This document shows positions 9,495 to 19,995 of a stretch of DNA of 64,000 nt, one piece after another (positions within the stretch are counted from its first letter, which is position 1; the number at the start of each line of letters is the position of its first letter). Source of the DNA: a virus; the IMG/VR virus record IMGVR_UViG_3300025687_000040, one strand, 5' to 3'. Both the position numbers and the translations under genes were made by a program. The notes beneath the pieces were generated by a model. It was not told the origin of the DNA, ran no database searches, and saw only the letters and a program-made list of their open reading frames with translations.

Positions 9495-10505
9495 ATGTCT
9501 ATTCTTACTAAACCTAGTCCTGACTTTATCGAACTGATCAAAAGGGCCGGTAGTTCTAATAAGCCGGAAGCTCTTGTCGCACAGCATCAGTTGGCTAAAG
9601 CTATTGAATTGCCTCTACGAGAAGGCGTTCTTGTTGGAGATATCCTTGGTGGTATCTTTGAACGCATTCCTATGGAGCCAGGTACTTCAACTGAATTTCC
9701 TCTGGATCTTATTGCTCCAGGAGAAGAAGATGAATTTGTCGCTTACACCAATCCTGGTCATGGTCGTGTGCCTGAGCGGACTGTTGAAGGCGACTATGTG
9801 ACGATTCCTACGTACTCAATTACTAACTCAATCGATATGCTTCTTCGATATGTTCGCGAAGCACGTTGGGACGTTGTGAATCGTGCCGCTCAAGCCCTGG
9901 AAGCTGGTTTCGTCAAGAAGATGAACGATGATGGTTGGCATACTATTTTGGCTTCTACTGTTGATCGTAATATCTTGCTGTTCGATACTGATGCGGCTCC
10001 TGGTCAGTTCACCAAACGACTCGTAAGTCTGATGAAGACCGTTATGAGACGTAATGGTGGCGGTAACTCTGGTTCTATGAATCGTGGTCAATTGACCGAT
10101 GCTTATCTGAGTCCTGAAGGAATTGAGGACATGCGAAACTGGGGCGTTGATCAGCTTGATGACACTAGTCGTCGAGAAGTTCATGTCGCTAATGATGAAA
10201 GTGGAGCACTTTCTCGCTTGTTCAATGTTAATCTTCATGCTCTTGATGAACTCGGACAGAGCCAAGAATATCAGAACTACTTCACTACCAATCTTGGTGG
10301 GGCACTTGGTCCTAATAGTGATGTAGAACTGGTTATCGGTCTTGACCTCAAGGCTGGCGATAGCTTTGTTATGCCAGTTAAACAAGAAGTTACTATCTTC
10401 GAAGATGAGATGCTGCATCGTCATCAGAAGATGGGTTTTTACGGATTTGCTGAACTAGGTTTTGGGGTATTGGATTCTCGACGTGTAATTGCGGCTAGTT
10501 TCTAA
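9495..10505 (+). CDS. Putative major capsid protein
   Basis: A 336-aa protein at the end of the head module, followed by a strong terminator. Size is typical for an HK97-fold MCP. Confidence 0.5.
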   Translation: MSILTKPSPDFIELIKRAGSSNKPEALVAQHQLAKAIELPLREGVLVGDILGGIFERIPMEPGTSTEFPLDLIAPGEEDEFVAYTNPGHGRVPERTVEGDYVTIPTYSITNSIDMLLRYVREARWDVVNRAAQALEAGFVKKMNDDGWHTILASTVDRNILLFDTDAAPGQFTKRLVSLMKTVMRRNGGGNSGSMNRGQLTDAYLSPEGIEDMRNWGVDQLDDTSRREVHVANDESGALSRLFNVNLHALDELGQSQEYQNYFTTNLGGALGPNSDVELVIGLDLKAGDSFVMPVKQEVTIFEDEMLHRHQKMGFYGFAELGFGVLDSRRVIAASF

Positions 10506-10522
10506 GATATTTTGGCTATAAT

Positions 10523-10556
10523 AGAGAGGCGGGTTTTGGCCCGCCTCTCTTTTTTT
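10523..10556 (+). terminator. Rho-independent terminator after the capsid gene
   Basis: GAGAGGCGGGTTTTGGCCCGCCTCTC forms a hairpin followed by TTTTTTTATT. Confidence 0.75.
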
Positions 10557-10586
10557 ATTGAAAATAGTCTCTTTAGGAATCACAGA

Positions 10587-12197
10587 ATGTTTTTAAACGA
10601 ACAAACTAAATCAAAATTTGGATATGAAGTCAAAAACCTAAGTAAGTTCTCTCGTAAAAAAATATTAGCCCTCTGTGATTACTGTGAGAATACCTATGAA
10701 ACAACAATGAAAATATATAGTACTGGTAGAGATAAATTACCAAAAGACTGTTGTAAAAAATGTCGTGATAAAAAGAGGGAAGAGATATCTATACAGAAAC
10801 ATGGGGTGTCTAATCCATTCCAAAGAAAAGACATTAAAGATAAAATAAAAGAAACTAATTTGGAAAAATATGGAGCTGAACATCCTATGATGAATAAAAG
10901 CGTCCAGAATAGATCTAAAGAAACCTGCTTAAAAAAATACGGAGTAGAGTTTGCTGTACAATCTCAAGAAGTACAGAGTAAATATAAAGAAACTTGTATG
11001 AAAAGATATGGTGTAGAGAACGTATCTTCTGTTGATGAATTCAAAGAAAAAAGGAAAAACACTAACAAAAAATTATATGGTCATGAATACTATTTAGCTT
11101 CAGAATCATGTAAAAAATTATCAAAAGAAAAGTTTGGAGTTGATAACGTTTTCCAATTAGAAGAAGTTAGAAAGAAATCAAGACAAACCTGTCTAGATAG
11201 ATATGGAAAAGAATACTATATGCAGGTGCCGGAACATGCCTGTACTATCAATGCTAAGTCCATAAAAACAAAAACAGAAATGGGGCAGATAGAAACTCAT
11301 AAGGGCATGAACAAGACAGAATGGTCTCAAAGGATAGGTATTTCTAGAAGTTACTTTGCGACATTAGCAAATCAGCATGGATGGGACTATGCTATTAATT
11401 ACAAAAAGAGTATGACTAACATCGAAACCTTAATTTTTAATCTATTAAAAGAGAAAGGAATAGATTTTGAGTACAATAAAAAATTAGATAGATTTTACCC
11501 TGACTTTGTAATTCCGGAATTTAGTTTAATTATTGAAACGGACGGGTTATTTTGGCACTCAGATAAAATTCAACAGGATGACAGATATCATATAAATAAA
11601 AAAGACGCTTATGAAGCACTTGGTTATAAGTCCCTTTTCTTTTTAGAAGACGAGTTATTGAATAAATTTGAAATTGTTGAATCTATTATCAATAACAAAC
11701 TATCAATCAGCGATACTATTTATGCTAGGAAACTAAAAATTGGAAAAATGGGTGCTTCATTATCAAAAATGTTTTTTGAAGATAACCATTTAATGGGAAA
11801 AGGTCAGGGGCTAACATATACACTACATAATGATAAAATCGTTTATTGTGCTATGAGAGTCAGAAGAAAAAAAGATAATAATTGGGAAATTAGTAGATTC
11901 TGCCCAAAGAAGGGGTATTCTATTCCTGGGGGGTTCTCTAGACTATTAAAATCTTTTGAACTAGAGCACAATCCAGATAGTGTTACGACATTTATTGATA
12001 AAAGATACGGATCTGGAGAATATTTGTCTGATTTAGGATTTTCTTGTCAATCATGTTACAAAAGTTTTAAGTGGACAGACAATCAGTCTACCTATCACCG
12101 TATGAAATTCCCCTCAAATACTGGATATGAACACGGTATGAACAAGATTTGGGATTGTGGTCAGGCCAAATGGGTAAAAACCTATAATAAGGTGTAA
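10587..12197 (+). CDS. Homing-endonuclease-like protein with N-terminal tandem KYG repeats and a Vsr/DUF559-type PD-(D/E)xK core
   Basis: Five ~32-aa repeats (...LEKYGAEHP.., ..LKKYGVEFAVQSQEVQSKYKETCMKRYGVENV.., ..KKLYGHEY.., ..KEKFGVDNV.., ..LDRYGKEY). FYPDFVIPEFSLIIETDGLFWHSD matches the DUF559/Vsr iEiDG..wH motif. The track start 10512 is a TTG inside the terminator, so the ATG at 10587 is more plausible. Confidence 0.5.
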   Translation: MFLNEQTKSKFGYEVKNLSKFSRKKILALCDYCENTYETTMKIYSTGRDKLPKDCCKKCRDKKREEISIQKHGVSNPFQRKDIKDKIKETNLEKYGAEHPMMNKSVQNRSKETCLKKYGVEFAVQSQEVQSKYKETCMKRYGVENVSSVDEFKEKRKNTNKKLYGHEYYLASESCKKLSKEKFGVDNVFQLEEVRKKSRQTCLDRYGKEYYMQVPEHACTINAKSIKTKTEMGQIETHKGMNKTEWSQRIGISRSYFATLANQHGWDYAINYKKSMTNIETLIFNLLKEKGIDFEYNKKLDRFYPDFVIPEFSLIIETDGLFWHSDKIQQDDRYHINKKDAYEALGYKSLFFLEDELLNKFEIVESIINNKLSISDTIYARKLKIGKMGASLSKMFFEDNHLMGKGQGLTYTLHNDKIVYCAMRVRRKKDNNWEISRFCPKKGYSIPGGFSRLLKSFELEHNPDSVTTFIDKRYGSGEYLSDLGFSCQSCYKSFKWTDNQSTYHRMKFPSNTGYEHGMNKIWDCGQAKWVKTYNKV

Positions 12198-12247
12198 TAG
12201 ATTGTATAGCTTATTAATTCATTACACAAAAATAATAAGGAGTCGTC

Positions 12248-12664
12248 ATGAGCAATGCGATGACCGACTATTTTGAATCCGGCCTATTATCGGCTATTTT
12301 TAGGGGTCAATCTTTTACTCTTCCTTCTACAGGTGTTTATATTGGTTTAACTTCTGACTATCCTAGCGAATCAAATCCTTCAGCCAATGAAATTACTGGA
12401 AATGGATATGCACGAGTTCACGTCCCAACTGGTAATTTTGATCCACCAACGGTAGATGGTAGCGGTCAACTTGTCTCTAATAATACAGCTATTACTTTCC
12501 CTACTGCCGCAGGGAATTGGGGATATGCTAGTGGAGTTATTATTGCAGATGCTCTAAGTGGCGGTAATATCTTCTTTAAGGGTGGTTTAACAACCCCTAG
12601 AGATGTTTTATTGGGAGATACATTCCGGTTCAATATATCAGATCTTGATATTAAATTTGACTAA
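12248..12664 (+). CDS. Hypothetical virion protein
   Basis: An ORF with a good RBS (aaggag) in a structural context. Confidence 0.3.
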   Translation: MSNAMTDYFESGLLSAIFRGQSFTLPSTGVYIGLTSDYPSESNPSANEITGNGYARVHVPTGNFDPPTVDGSGQLVSNNTAITFPTAAGNWGYASGVIIADALSGGNIFFKGGLTTPRDVLLGDTFRFNISDLDIKFD

Positions 12665-12685
12665 TCCTTTTAAATAGGTTAAGTC

Positions 12686-14206
12686 ATGTTTAGTATTGAA
12701 GCCTTTAGCACGTTACCATTTTCATCACTTGGTGGTGGATTCAAGGATGGTGCGTCTACACTGTCTGCCACGTCAACTATAAGTGCCGGACCAAGCTTCA
12801 TTAAAGCCTCAGATATTAGTCTAGCTTCTCAAGCTACATTAGTGTCTGAGGCTTCTTTTGTATTATCCAGCCTTGCCTTTTTACCAGCCTCTTCTGAAGT
12901 TAATTTTACAGGAAGTATATCGCAATCGATATATTCTTCACTTGTATCGAATGCTTCTCTTGATAGCCAAGGAAGTATAATTATTGATGGAGATCAAACT
13001 CTATCTACATCCAGTGAAGTACGGTCAGACGGAAAATTGACTACAAGCAACCCTGTATCGTTGTCAAGTACTTCTAGAGTATTTTCTGTAGGCAGTCTAT
13101 CTACTTCTAATAGTGCTAATTTAAGTAGTAAAGCTTCAATAGTTCCTGACAATAGTTTGATATTATCTGTAGGTTCTAGTTTTGGCTCACAGGCAGAACT
13201 TACTGGTACTATAGTCAATACTATAAGTAACTCAACATCTTTAATATCTTCTTCAAGAATTAGATCTAATAATAGCTTAATAATAAATGGCGGATATTCT
13301 CCTGGATCATTTTCAGAGGCGTTTAATAACGGTTTTAGCATAGTAAATAAACCATTACTATTTGCTGGACAAGGTCGTTTAATTGGGGAAATATCCCAAG
13401 GGGGACAAGAGTTACCAGGAAGTTCATCTCTTAGGGCGAGTTCTACTCTTACAGCTATAGGATCAGTCAGCTTAACGAGTCAAAAGACTATAATTGGATC
13501 ATCTGAAGTATCAGCAGATGTTGGTGTTATACTATCTATTAATGCAGGTTTAGCTAATCGATCTATACTGGAAAGTACGTCTAGTAAAGAAGTAAGCATT
13601 AATGGGTCGCTTTCCGCCCAAAGCACACTAAATTCAAACATAACTAACGCTAATTCTTTTACTGACGGAATTTCATTAGTCAGTGGATCATCTACCCTGT
13701 CTGCTGTAGGAAGTTTGTTATCTGCTAGTTCAGCTAGTATCTTCGGATCTGCTGCTCTAAATGGCAATATTGTAACTCAGACACTGTCAGCAAGTCTTGC
13801 TTCTAGTTCTAGAATCACCGGAAATGGTGTATTAGTTGGTAGAACAGAAGTTGTTAACTTCCCACTGTATATAAATAGATTACAACAAGTTACTCTAAAA
13901 TCCCTATTGAGCCGAACATCAATAGGAGGTCAATCTAAATCACTTGTGCTGTTTGATGGCAACATCAGAAGACAACATACATTCTCACTATCAAAACTTT
14001 CAACTGGCCTATCTTCTTTACTAGAACAAAAGTCTCTATGTGAATTTGATTTAAGCTTAGTTACTACTCAGCCCTTTAACTTAAATGTACATAGTATAAA
14101 TAATATAGATAGTTATGTAGAATTTGATAGTATTTTAAATATGAATCTAAATCAGTCTACAGAATTCATGACAGAAATAGATACAGCCTTTGAGGTAGCC
14201 TTATAA
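12686..14206 (+). CDS. Ser/Thr/Leu-rich low-complexity fibrous protein
   Basis: Extreme S/T/L/I/N bias with repetitive short motifs (SLS, STS, SSS), typical of fibre shafts or head fibres. Confidence 0.35.
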   Translation: MFSIEAFSTLPFSSLGGGFKDGASTLSATSTISAGPSFIKASDISLASQATLVSEASFVLSSLAFLPASSEVNFTGSISQSIYSSLVSNASLDSQGSIIIDGDQTLSTSSEVRSDGKLTTSNPVSLSSTSRVFSVGSLSTSNSANLSSKASIVPDNSLILSVGSSFGSQAELTGTIVNTISNSTSLISSSRIRSNNSLIINGGYSPGSFSEAFNNGFSIVNKPLLFAGQGRLIGEISQGGQELPGSSSLRASSTLTAIGSVSLTSQKTIIGSSEVSADVGVILSINAGLANRSILESTSSKEVSINGSLSAQSTLNSNITNANSFTDGISLVSGSSTLSAVGSLLSASSASIFGSAALNGNIVTQTLSASLASSSRITGNGVLVGRTEVVNFPLYINRLQQVTLKSLLSRTSIGGQSKSLVLFDGNIRRQHTFSLSKLSTGLSSLLEQKSLCEFDLSLVTTQPFNLNVHSINNIDSYVEFDSILNMNLNQSTEFMTEIDTAFEVAL

Positions 14207-15750
14207 TGGCTTTAATATTAAAAGACAGAGTAAAAGAAACATCTTCGACGACAGGTACAGGCACCTTGGATTTAGACGGTGCTGTTGCTGGATTCGAAGG
14301 TTTTATGTCTGCTGTCGGTAATGGAAATACTTGTTACTATGCCATCCAGGATGCAAATGGAACGGATTGGGAAGTTGGTATTGGAACTATAACTGACGCA
14401 TCTCCTGATACTTTAACACGTAATACTATTTTAGCAAGTAGTAATGCGGATAGTATCGTTACTTTATCTACTGGTACGCATACCGTATTCTTAACTTATC
14501 CTGCTGAAAAATCTGTTTATAGGAATGCGAATGATCAAGTAGTCTTAACTAGCTCCGGAGTAATATTCTCTGATTCTACTATACAAACTACTGCGGCTAC
14601 GTCATATACAGCTGGGACAGGTATTGTTATAGATGGTCCAGTAATAAATGTAGGTTATATTATTCAAGACAACCCAGCCCTTATTATAACTGAAGATATT
14701 ATTAGAATTGGGGATTCTGCTGGAAAAGGTGATGATGGTTCTAATATTTCAGTTTTAATGATAGGCGATAACGCCGGTTATTTAGCTAAAAATAATGTTC
14801 AAACATCAATAATTGGTGCTTCAGCTGGTTTTAGTGCTAGTGGAAATCTTAACTCAACATATTTAGGTTTTCGAGCAGGATTTGAATGTTCTGGTACTAA
14901 CAGAACTACTTATATAGGCAATAATGCCGGAAAATCCTCTCAAGGAAATAATAATGTAGAATTAATTGGTAGCGGTGAAGATAATAGTATTCTTGGTAAT
15001 GAAAGTAATAAGGTTAATATTGGCTATCTTATTACTGGAGATACTTTAGATAAAAAAGTGGCTATTGGTAATATCAGTGCGTCCACTTTAAACCCTAATG
15101 CCACTTTAGAAGTAATATCCGCAAATGTTAATGATACAGGATTAATAGTTCATAATTTAGTAGCTGTAGATACTGGTATATTAATAGCTTCCTCTATCCC
15201 TTCTGTTACTACTAATAAATTATATAACAACGGCGGCACATTATATTTTAATGGAAATCCAACAGATACCACATATTCAGCCGGAAGCGGATTGCAGCTT
15301 GCTGGAACCACTTTTAATGTACAAGATAACTACCTAAGAAATGATGCTGATGATACAACTACAGGAGTTATTACTTCTGCGGGGATATCTACAACCGGAA
15401 ATATTACTGGCGGAATAGTAACAGTATCAAAAGCTATTAAGACTTCTAATAAATCTAATGCTGACTCTATAACTATAACATTTGACTTAAATGAATCTAA
15501 TTTCCATACTGTTACACTAGGAGGAAATAGAACTCTTGCATTATCAAATCCTACAGTAGGTCAAAAGTTTGCTATTAGGTTACAACAGGATGTAACTGGT
15601 AATAGAACAGTTACTTGGTTTTCAACAATAAGATGGCCCGATAATACTGTACCTACATTAAGCTCTACTGGTAATAAGGCGGATTTATTTGGTTTTGTCT
15701 GTACTTCTGGTGGACAATATGACGGATTTGGAATAGGGTATAATTTATAA
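14206..15750 (+). CDS. Tail/head fibre protein with IGxxAG repeats and a C-terminal module shared with 18070..19995
   Basis: Periodic IGDSAGKG/IGDNAGYL/IGASAGFS/LGFRAGFE/IGNNAGKS repeats. The C-terminus TFDLNESNFHTVTLGG...NPTVGQKFAIRLQQDVTGNRTVTWF...ADLFGFVCTSG is paralogous to the 641-aa protein. Confidence 0.55.
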   Translation: MALILKDRVKETSSTTGTGTLDLDGAVAGFEGFMSAVGNGNTCYYAIQDANGTDWEVGIGTITDASPDTLTRNTILASSNADSIVTLSTGTHTVFLTYPAEKSVYRNANDQVVLTSSGVIFSDSTIQTTAATSYTAGTGIVIDGPVINVGYIIQDNPALIITEDIIRIGDSAGKGDDGSNISVLMIGDNAGYLAKNNVQTSIIGASAGFSASGNLNSTYLGFRAGFECSGTNRTTYIGNNAGKSSQGNNNVELIGSGEDNSILGNESNKVNIGYLITGDTLDKKVAIGNISASTLNPNATLEVISANVNDTGLIVHNLVAVDTGILIASSIPSVTTNKLYNNGGTLYFNGNPTDTTYSAGSGLQLAGTTFNVQDNYLRNDADDTTTGVITSAGISTTGNITGGIVTVSKAIKTSNKSNADSITITFDLNESNFHTVTLGGNRTLALSNPTVGQKFAIRLQQDVTGNRTVTWFSTIRWPDNTVPTLSSTGNKADLFGFVCTSGGQYDGFGIGYNL

Positions 15751-17219
15751 TGACTAATTTTTTACAGCAAGGTTGGAACATAGATAGTGTTAGAAAAGAC
15801 AGTAAAACTATTATTTCAAAAATAAGTATAGGATGGCGTAATTTTAGAAAACAAGGAGTATGGACTAGTATAGATGAAAGAATTCTTCCTGACTTTACTG
15901 TTTCTTCTTTTCCAGCTAGTGCTGATTTTGCAAAATCTTCACAAGAATGGTCGGACTTTGTTTTTGATTCTTCTTATTCTATAAAAAGAGCTATAGAAGA
16001 CCCTGTGAGTTTGGGCTTTAACGCCGAACCAAATTTTTCATTATCATTATGTGTTGAAACAGAACGTAATATAGAAGGTTTTATAGACGAAAATCATCCT
16101 AGTAGTATTATCTATAAAAATGCTTGGAATGGTGCTGATTTAGTATTGGGGATATGGAGAGGTTTATCTACCAGAATTGAAAAGGTTGTGCATATAAGAG
16201 AAGTGCCTTCAGGAGACGAAGAATATGTAAAATATTCTTTTTTACTAAGGTCTTCAAATGCAAAAGCCTGGGTTGGAGGTTCTGAAGGTATTAGACCTTG
16301 GGATGGAAAAACAACTGCTTCTGTAGACTTGTACAATACTCAAGCTTTTGTGTCTCTTGGAGATTCCAAAATTAGAGGCGTATTAATTAAAAATCCAGTT
16401 TGCTGGTGGTATGACGAGCAGGGAGAAATTATCAGACATAATATAAAAGTTAATTTTGAGCTTTTATCAGATGGGGAGACTGTTCGTTGTACAAAATTTA
16501 TTCCTAGACAACTTATTCTAAATGCTTTTTCTGATGGATCTTATTTAAGAACAGATATTACATTTGTTCCAGATGCAGATCCAGAAACTAAAAGTATGGA
16601 TTTTTGGACACAAAGATCTGTAGCTGGACAAACATGGACGCAATTGAGTACAGGAAATGGGAATGGAGCTAGTGCTAGTAATACTAGCGGATATATAAGA
16701 ATGAGATCTGATACTACAACAAATAGATTTAATTTGCTGAATAGAGCTAATTTTTTCTTTGATACATCTTCATTATCTGGATTAGTAACATCATGTTTAT
16801 TAAAATATTATATTTTCTCTTCTTCCAACCCAAGCCCCTTCTGGTCTAGCTCTTTAAATATTTATGGTTCTAGTTCTACAAATACTACGGTTCCAACAAC
16901 TTCAGATTTTCAAGCTGTTCAGTCTACTCCTTTAGCGACGGAAATAACTTCAGGAAGTGTAAATTCGGCTGGTTATAACACTTTTACAATGAATGCCGCT
17001 GGTAGAGCGGCTGTAAATACTTCTGGATTATCCAGATTTGTTTCAATATTAAGTACATACGATCTAGATGTCGCTACTCCCACATGGGCTTCTAATGTAA
17101 CTCATTTTTATCGTAATTATTATGCAGAGCAAGGATCTTCTTTTTCTCCAGAATTAGAAGTAACAACTGTACCTATTGTTAATACAGCACATCCAGCATT
17201 CATGCTATTATTGACTTAA
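15750..17219 (+). CDS. Hypothetical structural protein
   Basis: A 489-aa ORF co-oriented and tightly packed within the fibre block. The S/T/N-rich C-terminus suggests an exposed virion protein. Confidence 0.3.
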   Translation: MTNFLQQGWNIDSVRKDSKTIISKISIGWRNFRKQGVWTSIDERILPDFTVSSFPASADFAKSSQEWSDFVFDSSYSIKRAIEDPVSLGFNAEPNFSLSLCVETERNIEGFIDENHPSSIIYKNAWNGADLVLGIWRGLSTRIEKVVHIREVPSGDEEYVKYSFLLRSSNAKAWVGGSEGIRPWDGKTTASVDLYNTQAFVSLGDSKIRGVLIKNPVCWWYDEQGEIIRHNIKVNFELLSDGETVRCTKFIPRQLILNAFSDGSYLRTDITFVPDADPETKSMDFWTQRSVAGQTWTQLSTGNGNGASASNTSGYIRMRSDTTTNRFNLLNRANFFFDTSSLSGLVTSCLLKYYIFSSSNPSPFWSSSLNIYGSSSTNTTVPTTSDFQAVQSTPLATEITSGSVNSAGYNTFTMNAAGRAAVNTSGLSRFVSILSTYDLDVATPTWASNVTHFYRNYYAEQGSSFSPELEVTTVPIVNTAHPAFMLLLT

Positions 17220-17275
17220 GGGTGTATCTTATTGTAGAGGAAGTAAAATTTCTAGTAAAAAAGAAAGGCTATGTA

Positions 17276-17584
17276 ATGGCCGCGAATGAAATTCATCAAA
17301 ATAACGTAGGTACAGAATTCAGAGTGACAGTTCTAGAGAGTGGGACTGCCGTAAATGTTTCTTCAGCTACTAATTATATTAGATTCAGTAAGCCGGATAA
17401 TACCGTTGTGTCTAAAAACGCCTCTTTTTATACAGACGGAACAGATGGAATAATCACATATACTTCAGCATCAGGAGATTTAGATGTTGTTGGAACTTGG
17501 AAAATTCAAGCATTTGTTGATTTTGGCGTTAATGAATTTTATTCAGATATAAGTACATTTAGAGTTTATAAGAATTTGTCTTAG
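17276..17584 (+). CDS. Hypothetical protein
   Basis: The track start 17222 is a GTG. The ATG at 17276 (MAANEIH) has an upstream aaagaaagg RBS-like sequence. Confidence 0.3.
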   Translation: MAANEIHQNNVGTEFRVTVLESGTAVNVSSATNYIRFSKPDNTVVSKNASFYTDGTDGIITYTSASGDLDVVGTWKIQAFVDFGVNEFYSDISTFRVYKNLS

Positions 17585-17593
17585 GAGATAATT

Positions 17594-18076
17594 ATGGCGT
17601 GGCAGAGCGAAATGACAACAATAGTAAGACATTTAATTAATGATACTGATATATCTGATCCAACTTTTACAAATTCAAGATTGGAAACTTCTATATTGGT
17701 CGCCGCACAATTAATGAACAATGAAATAAATTTCGGAAAAGTCTATACTATTGATGTGGATGGGTGTTCTTTATCGCCAGATCCTACGGTTGAGACTAAA
17801 GATAACGCCTTTATAAACCTTGTCTCTTTACGAGCAGGGTGTATTATATTAGGTAGCGAGATTAAAACTGCGGGTGCAAATTTGATTAGTATTAGTGACG
17901 GTCCATCAAGTATTAATATGACCGCAACATTAAATGGACTAAAAATAGTATACGAAGATATTAAAGAAAAATACGAGAACGCGAAACTTCAATATCAAGC
18001 CGGTGGTAATATTGGAGAAGCTGTTCTATCCCCTTATTCATTAAGGCAACAAGATAGAAATTATAGGAGTTGGTAA
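17594..18076 (+). CDS. Hypothetical protein (possible fibre assembly or attachment protein)
   Basis: An ORF immediately upstream of the second fibre gene and overlapping it. Confidence 0.3.
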   Translation: MAWQSEMTTIVRHLINDTDISDPTFTNSRLETSILVAAQLMNNEINFGKVYTIDVDGCSLSPDPTVETKDNAFINLVSLRAGCIILGSEIKTAGANLISISDGPSSINMTATLNGLKIVYEDIKEKYENAKLQYQAGGNIGEAVLSPYSLRQQDRNYRSW

Positions 18077-19995
18077 TGGCTTTTAAGACAGCCTCAGAAT
18101 TAGTGGTATTTTCTACTGGAACGTTTACAGACAATATAAATGGAGACATTTCTCCACTTGATTTTCGTAATATGCACCAACATATTGCGGACTCTCTAAT
18201 CCCTTATGACGCTTCTGGTGTTTATGGCGTTAAGGTATTACCAACAGGAAATGTAATTACTCCAACTCCAACGGGCTACCTTGTCTACGACAATGGGTTA
18301 AAGATTTATAATGGGGTACAATGGTCTGGGGTTAGTGGTGGTAGTGGAACGACCTATACTGCTGGTACTGGATTACAACTATCTGGGACTGTATTTAATG
18401 CTTTGACCGCGTCAACTTCTGTCACAGGTGTGACAATATTAACAAATACTATAGACGCATCACAGAATAAAGCCTTAACACCAAAAGCTGTGAATGATGC
18501 TGGTTATGTCTCTACTGCTGGAAGTGGATTGACCATTAGTGGTTCACAAATTTATACGGAAGGCACGGGAAACTTTTCAGCAATAGATTTAGCAACTACC
18601 GGAACGCTTCCTTATAAAGAGGGGCGGCTGTTTTATGACACTGAAAATAAATCATTAGCCTTCTATAATGATGAATCTGATATTAGTCTTCAAGTAGGAC
18701 AAGAAAATTGGGTTAGAGTTAGGAATAATACGGGTTCAACAATTACTAATGGAACGGTAGTGATAGTTAGTGGGGTACAAGGAAGTAATATGGAAATTAG
18801 TAAGGCCATAGCTTCTTCTTTTATAGACTCGAATATTCTTGGGCTTGCGACTCATGATATAGAGGACTCATCTTTTGGTTATATCACAACTTTTGGACTT
18901 GTCAGAAATATAGACACTTCGGCACTAACTGAAGGAGAGCTTGCGTATTTATCCCCCACATCTTCTGGAGTATTAAGTTCATCAAAACCAGGGTTGCCAA
19001 ATTATTCAGTAGCTGTTGGAACTGTGGTCAGAAGTCATGCCTCAACAGGATCTATATTTTTAAGACCTACAGGTCCGAGATTTGGCGGTGGTCAAGTTAG
19101 TAATTCAGGGACACAGTTGAGCGGTGTCCCCTTCATTATAGCAAAGGGCGGCAACGATGTAGCTATCCACACAGTTGTAGGCTTTACATACGATAGTGGC
19201 AATTCGTTATTTACAGCTCCATCAATGGTTGTGACAGATAGTGGAAACTTTGGTGGCACCATAACTGTTGGAAGCGGCGTACAATTATTGGCCGGAACTC
19301 CCGATGTAACTACTAACAAACTATATAATGTAGGAGGCGTTCTTTACTTTAATGGTAGCGGAGTTTCACAAGGTGGTGGTGGTGGTGGTGCAGGTTATGA
19401 TTGGGTGTTCGGAGACGGTAGCGGGAATACAGAAACTATTGCATCTGGTGATAGTGTATATGCTAGTGGAACTGGATCTGTAACTACCAGTTATAATACT
19501 TCTACCAACGTATTAACTATTAACGGGACGGATACTACTTATACTGCGGGGACGGGCTTGGCTTTAAATGGATCTGAGTTTTCTACAGCAGGAACAGGAT
19601 ATTTTGATGCTTTAGTTCTCAGTGACTCAGGGAATGTTGGCGGTGTATTAACTACTAATAAAGCTGTTAAAACTAGTATTAAAAGTAATCCTGACGGTGC
19701 TACTATCACATTTGACTTAAATGAATCTAATACTCATTATGCAACTTTAGGAGGAGCAGGAGGAGCCAATAGAATTATTGCTGTTAGCAATCCTACAGTG
19801 GGGCAAAAGTTTATTTTGAGACTGCAACAAGATGGAACTGGAAATAGAACGGTTACTTGGTTCAATACAATCAAGTGGGATGGAGCTACAACACCAACTC
19901 TTAGTACTTCTGGAAATAGGGCTGACCTTTTTGGATTTCTATGTACATCCGGAAATCACTATGACGGAATGGTACTAGCTCAGAATTTAGGTTAA
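18070..19995 (+). CDS. Tail/head fibre protein, paralogue of 14206..15750
   Basis: Shares TTNKLYNVGGVLYFNGSG, YTAGTGLQLSGTVFN and the C-terminal ~115 aa with the 514-aa protein. Also carries a Gly run (GGGGGGAG). Confidence 0.55.
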   Translation: MVMAFKTASELVVFSTGTFTDNINGDISPLDFRNMHQHIADSLIPYDASGVYGVKVLPTGNVITPTPTGYLVYDNGLKIYNGVQWSGVSGGSGTTYTAGTGLQLSGTVFNALTASTSVTGVTILTNTIDASQNKALTPKAVNDAGYVSTAGSGLTISGSQIYTEGTGNFSAIDLATTGTLPYKEGRLFYDTENKSLAFYNDESDISLQVGQENWVRVRNNTGSTITNGTVVIVSGVQGSNMEISKAIASSFIDSNILGLATHDIEDSSFGYITTFGLVRNIDTSALTEGELAYLSPTSSGVLSSSKPGLPNYSVAVGTVVRSHASTGSIFLRPTGPRFGGGQVSNSGTQLSGVPFIIAKGGNDVAIHTVVGFTYDSGNSLFTAPSMVVTDSGNFGGTITVGSGVQLLAGTPDVTTNKLYNVGGVLYFNGSGVSQGGGGGGAGYDWVFGDGSGNTETIASGDSVYASGTGSVTTSYNTSTNVLTINGTDTTYTAGTGLALNGSEFSTAGTGYFDALVLSDSGNVGGVLTTNKAVKTSIKSNPDGATITFDLNESNTHYATLGGAGGANRIIAVSNPTVGQKFILRLQQDGTGNRTVTWFNTIKWDGATTPTLSTSGNRADLFGFLCTSGNHYDGMVLAQNLG

